From contig NC_003272.1 in the NCBI RefSeq assembly GCF_000009705.1, positions 1,530,001-1,562,000 on the forward strand: DNA of 32,000 bases, read 5' to 3'. Every line of letters begins with the position of its first letter. Within the stretch, counting starts at the first letter, position 1. The stretch is from Nostoc sp. PCC 7120 = FACHB-418. GTDB taxonomy: Bacteria > Cyanobacteriota > Cyanobacteriia > Cyanobacteriales > Nostocaceae. Below the pieces are notes generated by a model that did no database searches, had not been told where the DNA came from, and saw nothing but the letters and a program-made list of their open reading frames with translations. The translations under genes and the position numbers were made by a program. Below, piece after piece: positions 27,517 through 32,000 of the stretch.

Positions 27517-27544
27517 CAATTACAAATTACAAATTACGAATTAC
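27517..27544. repeat. Tandem heptamer (AATTACR) x4
   Basis: Read directly from the sequence, in the miaB-leuB intergenic region. Confidence 0.85.
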
Positions 27545-27606
27545 GTTGGTACACTTGCTCGGTATGATATTTAATCTGCAAGCATTTACCAAATGAAAAT
27601 TCAGCT

Positions 27607-28695
27607 ATGACTCAGAACTATCGAATTACCCTACTCCCTGGCGATGGTATTGGCCCTGAAATTATGGCAGTGGCGGTAGATGTGCTGAAAGTCGTAGGGC
27701 AGCAATTTGATATTCAGTTTGATTTCCAAGAAGCTTTGATTGGTGGTGCAGCAATTGACGCGACAGGCGAACCTCTGCCATCGGCTACTTTAGATACTTG
27801 TCGCCACAGTGATGCTGTATTACTCGCTGCTATTGGTGGTTATAAGTGGGATTCCTTACCCCCTCACCAACGCCCGGAAGGGGGTTTGTTGGGATTGCGT
27901 GCGGGATTAGAATTATTTGCCAATTTACGCCCAGCCCAAATTTTACCGCAGTTAATCGACGCTTCGACTTTGAAGCGAGAAGTTGTGGAAGGTGTAGATA
28001 TTATGGTGGTGCGTGAACTCACTGGTGGGATTTACTTTGGTAAACCCAGAGGAATCTTTACTACTGAGACTGGCGAGAAACGTGGCGTTAATACGATGGT
28101 TTATACAGAATCGGAAATCGACAGAATTGGCCGGATAGCTTTTGAGACTGCGCGGAAACGTCGGGGTAAACTCTGTTCAGTAGATAAAGCCAATGTATTA
28201 GATGTATCCCAATTGTGGCGCGATCGCATCACCAATCTTTCCCAAGAATACCCAGACGTGGAACTTTCCCATCTATATGTAGATAATGCCGCCATGCAAT
28301 TGGTACGCGCTCCCAAGCAGTTCGATACCATCGTTACAGGCAACTTGTTTGGGGATATTCTCTCGGATGCGGCTGCCATGCTTACAGGTAGTATTGGAAT
28401 GTTACCCTCGGCTAGTCTTGGGGCTTCTGGGCCGGGAGTCTTTGAACCAGTCCACGGTTCTGCCCCAGATATCGCAGGACAGGATAAAGCCAACCCCCTC
28501 GCCCAAGTTTTGAGTGCGGCGATGATGTTGCGTTACGCTTTAGACCAACCACAAGCAGCAGACAAAATAGAACAGGCTGTATTACAAGTTTTAGAGCAAG
28601 GTGATCGCACAGGGGATATAATTTCAGTGGGTATGAATCTTTTGGGTTGCCGGGGTATGGGTGACTCCCTCATAAAGGCATTAGCAAAATCATAA
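27607..28695 (+). CDS. leuB: 3-isopropylmalate dehydrogenase
   Basis: [30 protein letters not shown] and NLFGDILSD. Confidence 0.94.
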   Translation: MTQNYRITLLPGDGIGPEIMAVAVDVLKVVGQQFDIQFDFQEALIGGAAIDATGEPLPSATLDTCRHSDAVLLAAIGGYKWDSLPPHQRPEGGLLGLRAGLELFANLRPAQILPQLIDASTLKREVVEGVDIMVVRELTGGIYFGKPRGIFTTETGEKRGVNTMVYTESEIDRIGRIAFETARKRRGKLCSVDKANVLDVSQLWRDRITNLSQEYPDVELSHLYVDNAAMQLVRAPKQFDTIVTGNLFGDILSDAAAMLTGSIGMLPSASLGASGPGVFEPVHGSAPDIAGQDKANPLAQVLSAAMMLRYALDQPQAADKIEQAVLQVLEQGDRTGDIISVGMNLLGCRGMGDSLIKALAKS

Positions 28696-28783
28696 TTTCC
28701 CGGTGAAAACAGGCAAATTGGCAACCATTCCCGGATGTTTCGGCTAAACTGGAACCAAAATCTAGCAATCACATAACAGCATA

Positions 28784-29050
28784 GTGTACGCTTTAAAACA
28801 AGGACAAGGAAAAGCTAATTTCACTGCCCCAAAAAACCAGTCCCCTCTGGTTGATCCAGCCGTGATAAGAGCTGCGGGGCAAATTTATTACACCCACTGC
28901 GAAGTACATCCTGAAATCGCTGGCCAGCCTTCAGGGGTGGCTATCAATCGCGTCACTCACCGGGGTAAAGTAATTTTTACAAATCAACCCGTTTTGTTAC
29001 CCCAAGAATGTTTTGTGCCATTGAGTCAAATTGAATCCTATATGTATTAG
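28784..29050 (+). CDS. Small hypothetical protein (88 aa, GTG start)
   Basis: ORF with normal composition and no internal Met. No motif recognised. Confidence 0.4.
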   Translation: MYALKQGQGKANFTAPKNQSPLVDPAVIRAAGQIYYTHCEVHPEIAGQPSGVAINRVTHRGKVIFTNQPVLLPQECFVPLSQIESYMY

Positions 29051-29088
29051 TCAATTGTCAGTTGTCAGTTGTTAGTTGTTAGTTGTAG
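29051..29088. repeat. STRR heptamers (TCAGTTG/TTAGTTG) x5
   Basis: Read directly from the sequence, immediately after the small ORF's stop codon. Confidence 0.85.
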
Positions 29089-29148
29089 CGCTCGACAATC
29101 AGCGAAAAATCAACGACAAATGACACAGGACTCAAGACAATTGACTAT

Positions 29149-29958
29149 ATGGAAACTTTGATAGTAACCCTGGCGAGTGTGTTCGTTTTCGCCTTGGGTG
29201 CATCTATTGGCAGCTTTATTAATGTTGTAGTTTATCGGTTACCGGCGGGATTATCAATTCTGTGGCCGCCCTCTCGTTGTCCTCATTGTCTAAACCAGCT
29301 CAAAGCTTATGATAATGTGCCTGTGCTGGGCTGGATTTGGTTAAAAGGGCGTTGTCGTTTTTGTAAAAATCCGATTTCCATAAGATACCCTGTAGTGGAA
29401 GCAGTGACAGGGATAATTTTTCTTTGCGTATTTTTGATATTTAAAGTTTCAATTCTGACCTTAGGATACTGGACATTTTGCGGCTGGCTATTAGCATTGT
29501 CCCTAATTGATTTAGATACTATGACCCTACCTAATCCCCTCACTAAATCAGGATTGGTCTTGGGTTTGGTGTTTCAAATGATTGTTGGCTATGCTGCTGA
29601 CCCTACTTTGTCAGGATTAATTAGACACTTAATGATGGGTATCGTTGGCGCTGTTTTGGGTTTATGGTTATTTGAGGCGATCGCTCTTTTAGGGGTTGTC
29701 TTCCAAAAAGAAGCAATGGGTGCAGGAGATGCCAAGCTTGCTGCCATGATGGGTGCTTGGTTGGGTTGGCGATACTTACTTCTGGCTGGATTGATTGCCT
29801 GTACCTTAGGCGCATTGGTAGGTGTTGGGGCTATCCTGCTCTCAAAACGCAAATGGGGGCAAAAAATCCCCTTTGGCCCTTTTCTCGCCTCAGGAGCTTT
29901 GATCACCCTCTTTGGTGGACAACCAATCTTGTCTGCTTATTTACAGTTGTTTTTTTAA
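29149..29958 (+). CDS. pilD: Type IV prepilin peptidase / N-methyltransferase (A24 family)
   Basis: Zn-binding CPHC...CRFC, a polytopic membrane topology, and catalytic Asp contexts LIDLDT and GAGDAKL. Confidence 0.9.
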   Translation: METLIVTLASVFVFALGASIGSFINVVVYRLPAGLSILWPPSRCPHCLNQLKAYDNVPVLGWIWLKGRCRFCKNPISIRYPVVEAVTGIIFLCVFLIFKVSILTLGYWTFCGWLLALSLIDLDTMTLPNPLTKSGLVLGLVFQMIVGYAADPTLSGLIRHLMMGIVGAVLGLWLFEAIALLGVVFQKEAMGAGDAKLAAMMGAWLGWRYLLLAGLIACTLGALVGVGAILLSKRKWGQKIPFGPFLASGALITLFGGQPILSAYLQLFF

Positions 29959-29962
29959 GATC

Positions 29963-29995
29963 AGAACCCCGACTTCTTCAAGAAATCGGGGTTCT
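29963..29995. terminator. Bidirectional terminator hairpin between convergent pilD and the glycosyltransferase gene
   Basis: AGAACCCCGA - 13-nt loop - TCGGGGTTCT is a 10-bp perfect GC-rich stem. It is preceded by TTTTTTTAAGA on the plus strand. Confidence 0.7.
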
Positions 29996-30002
29996 AAATA
30001 AA

Positions 30003-30037
30003 GTCTGTCAACAGTCACCCGTCAACCGTCAACAGCT
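30003..30037. repeat. STRR3-like heptamers (GTCAACA / GTCAACC variants) x5
   Basis: Read directly from the sequence. The array overlaps the last codons of the minus-strand glycosyltransferase ORF. Confidence 0.8.
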
Positions 30038-31593
30038 ATAATCTCAAACAATCTACCCTGGGGAAAAGTCTTCACTAATTTATGTTTGGCTTCTAGCTGT
30101 TTGAGGGTTTTTGCTGATGCTTCCAGAACAAAAACCCTGTCAAACCCATCGGGAATTGTCAGATCATCTCGAATTAGTTTAAATTTAGTGTCTGAGTCAA
30201 CTAGATAACTCATGGATAATGCCCGGTCTAGATTTGTGCATAAAACTAGTGGGCGATCGGCTGAACTGATGATTGCCGATGCTTTGGGAAAATGGGGACT
30301 ACCAAAAGCATTCCACGATGGTGCAGCAGAAATTGCCAGACAGGAACTCACACCACACAGAATTAAAACTGACAAAGCAAACTGTCCCCATCGCCTGTGT
30401 GAGGATTGGCTAGCAGTTAACCAACTACCAATTAAGTATGCAACTATCAATTCCACGGCTAAAACGAAAGGAATTAAATAGCGCATTCTGGTGGTGATAG
30501 AACTACCACTCACTAAGTCTTTTAGCATCAGACTCACTCCTGTGGCGATCGCTAGTGCTAGGAGAAAGTTGCTGATTTTTCTCGGTGCATATCGACAAAG
30601 TGTATAAAGAGAAATTGCGGCGATCGCGAGTATAATCGGAGTGAAGAACCACTGGGCTGCTTTGAGAAAATTAGGCGAGAAAAAGGGATGATATAAGTCA
30701 AGAAAAAGGTTCTGTATACCCTTCAACCAAGCATTGATTAACCCAAATAAAGAACTTTTATCAGACACTTGTTCAACAGAATATTTCAGCATACTGGAAT
30801 TTATAAAAGCCCATAACCAAGGTAAAAAAGCTAAGGTACTAATTCCTAATACCAAAAAATATGCAGTTAGACTTTTTAAATTTCTCAGGCTCTCGTTAAT
30901 CAAGACATACACTGTATGCGCTACTAAAACAAATGCAAATAGCAAATTAGAGTAAAGCCCAATCACAATACTTAAGCCATAAATCAGCCACCACCATAAA
31001 TTTTTTAGGTGCATAGCCTTAAGTAAACATCCACAGGCAATTACTGTAGTCGCGATCAAAATACTATAAGGGCGGATGATTTGCGCGTATTGTAAATGAA
31101 AGGGAGAAATAGCTACAATTACCGCCGCTACGAATGCTGTAGTTTTAGACACAAATAATTCTAATCCTAACCAGTAAATTGCCCATATTGCAATTACGCT
31201 TAGTAGGGCGGCTAAACTTCTTTGAATTACTAGTCCATTATCAAACCAATTATTAAATAAATATGACCATAAAATTGTCAAAACTGGATAAATCGGAGGA
31301 AATACATAAAGTTTGCTAATTACTTGCTCAATTGATTGAATTAAAGTTTTGTTTGTATCAATAAAGAGATATTTTTGCAGTTCGCCGATACTGAGAATAG
31401 AATTATCAAAGTTTTGGTAGGCTTGGGAGTGTTGTCCATAAATATAGGTCGATGAGAAAGTTTCATCGAAAGAATAAACTTTTTGCTCAAGATGATAAAA
31501 TCTTAAAAATATTCCTAAAATAAGTGCAGCAGTTGAAATAATTAGCAACCAATTAGGAATTTTATAGCGTTCTTCTGATGTTTTATTTTCCAT
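30022..31593 (-). CDS. GT-C fold membrane glycosyltransferase (ArnT/PMT, GT39/GT83-like)
   Basis: About 11-13 TM helices, an acidic FDETF motif in the first extracytoplasmic loop, and a soluble C-terminal domain of about 100 aa. Confidence 0.7.
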   Translation of the reverse strand: MENKTSEERYKIPNWLLIISTAALILGIFLRFYHLEQKVYSFDETFSSTYIYGQHSQAYQNFDNSILSIGELQKYLFIDTNKTLIQSIEQVISKLYVFPPIYPVLTILWSYLFNNWFDNGLVIQRSLAALLSVIAIWAIYWLGLELFVSKTTAFVAAVIVAISPFHLQYAQIIRPYSILIATTVIACGCLLKAMHLKNLWWWLIYGLSIVIGLYSNLLFAFVLVAHTVYVLINESLRNLKSLTAYFLVLGISTLAFLPWLWAFINSSMLKYSVEQVSDKSSLFGLINAWLKGIQNLFLDLYHPFFSPNFLKAAQWFFTPIILAIAAISLYTLCRYAPRKISNFLLALAIATGVSLMLKDLVSGSSITTRMRYLIPFVLAVELIVAYLIGSWLTASQSSHRRWGQFALSVLILCGVSSCLAISAAPSWNAFGSPHFPKASAIISSADRPLVLCTNLDRALSMSYLVDSDTKFKLIRDDLTIPDGFDRVFVLEASAKTLKQLEAKHKLVKTFPQGRLFEIIAVDG

Positions 31594-31695
31594 ACATAAA
31601 TGAAGCTTTATAACTAGAAAATATTTTTATGTTAGATATCTTAAAATTAGCAGAAAAAACATGGTGACCATATATAATTTCGATACACCATAACC

Positions 31696-31866
31696 CAATA
31701 CGTTTCAGTTAAGTCTAAAATCTGGGGTTTTTGAAGTAAGGAAGACTTCGTAGTAAGGACTACCCTGCGGGAACGCTCCGCGAACAGTCCTTAGATGAAA
31801 ACTAAAGTCCTCTCTACGAGACGCTACGCGAACACTACAAACTATTTTCTTAACTGAACTGTATTG
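31696..31866. mobile_element. MITE-like small dispersed repeat (about 171 bp) with 18-bp terminal inverted repeats
   Basis: The TIRs CAATACGTTTCAGTTAAG and CTTAACTGAACTGTATTG match at 16/18. Internal hairpins include TAAGGACT...AGTCCTTA and CGTAGTAAGGAC / GTCCTCTCTACG. The ACGCTACGCGAAC strings resemble Nostocales small dispersed repeats as I remember them. Confidence 0.55.
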
Positions 31867-32000
31867 CACCATAGCCGCCTCATCTAGTGGGTAGGACTTC
31901 TTCCAAATTGATCGAATATACTTTAATTATGGGTATTAACTTATTTTTTACGGTTTATATTGCCCACCCTATCACGAATTCTTAATATTTAAAGATATAT

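Overview
This looks like a chromosomal segment from a filamentous, heterocyst-forming cyanobacterium of the Nostoc/Anabaena type. That assignment is inferred from more than twenty HIP1 octamers (GCGATCGC) seen by eye, heptameric STRR-type tandem repeats at many gene boundaries, and the gene content. Most of the window is recognisable housekeeping or core genes: larE-like (5' truncated), an SGNH hydrolase, cynS, an SPFH/prohibitin protein, an ABC-F ATPase, a pentapeptide-repeat protein, purT, a GNAT acetyltransferase, a bicA-like SulP transporter followed by a Na+/H+ antiporter, a GAF histidine kinase, nfu, a GH57 glycoside hydrolase, a Hanks-type kinase, miaB, leuB, pilD and a GT-C glycosyltransferase. 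I found no rRNA, tRNA, CRISPR array, transposase or integrase. Four stretches are not explained by core functions. (1) At 11.3-12.7 kb, an AT-rich two-gene cassette sits between purT and the GNAT gene. It encodes an unknown ~150-aa protein followed by a PIN-like protein split by a long helical insertion. This is my best candidate for an undescribed toxin-antitoxin or defence-type module. (2) At 16.6-19.8 kb, a very AT-rich, gene-poor island upstream of bicA carries two divergent orphan genes (a 90-aa zinc-ribbon protein and a Cys-free 270-aa protein), unusual inverted repeats and a small RHH-like ORF. (3) A PvuII-type N4-cytosine methyltransferase lies directly downstream of cynS with no endonuclease partner. 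(4) There is a decayed ABC-exporter remnant. All functional calls come from motif recognition by eye. No database search was run, and the novelty claims are hypotheses.
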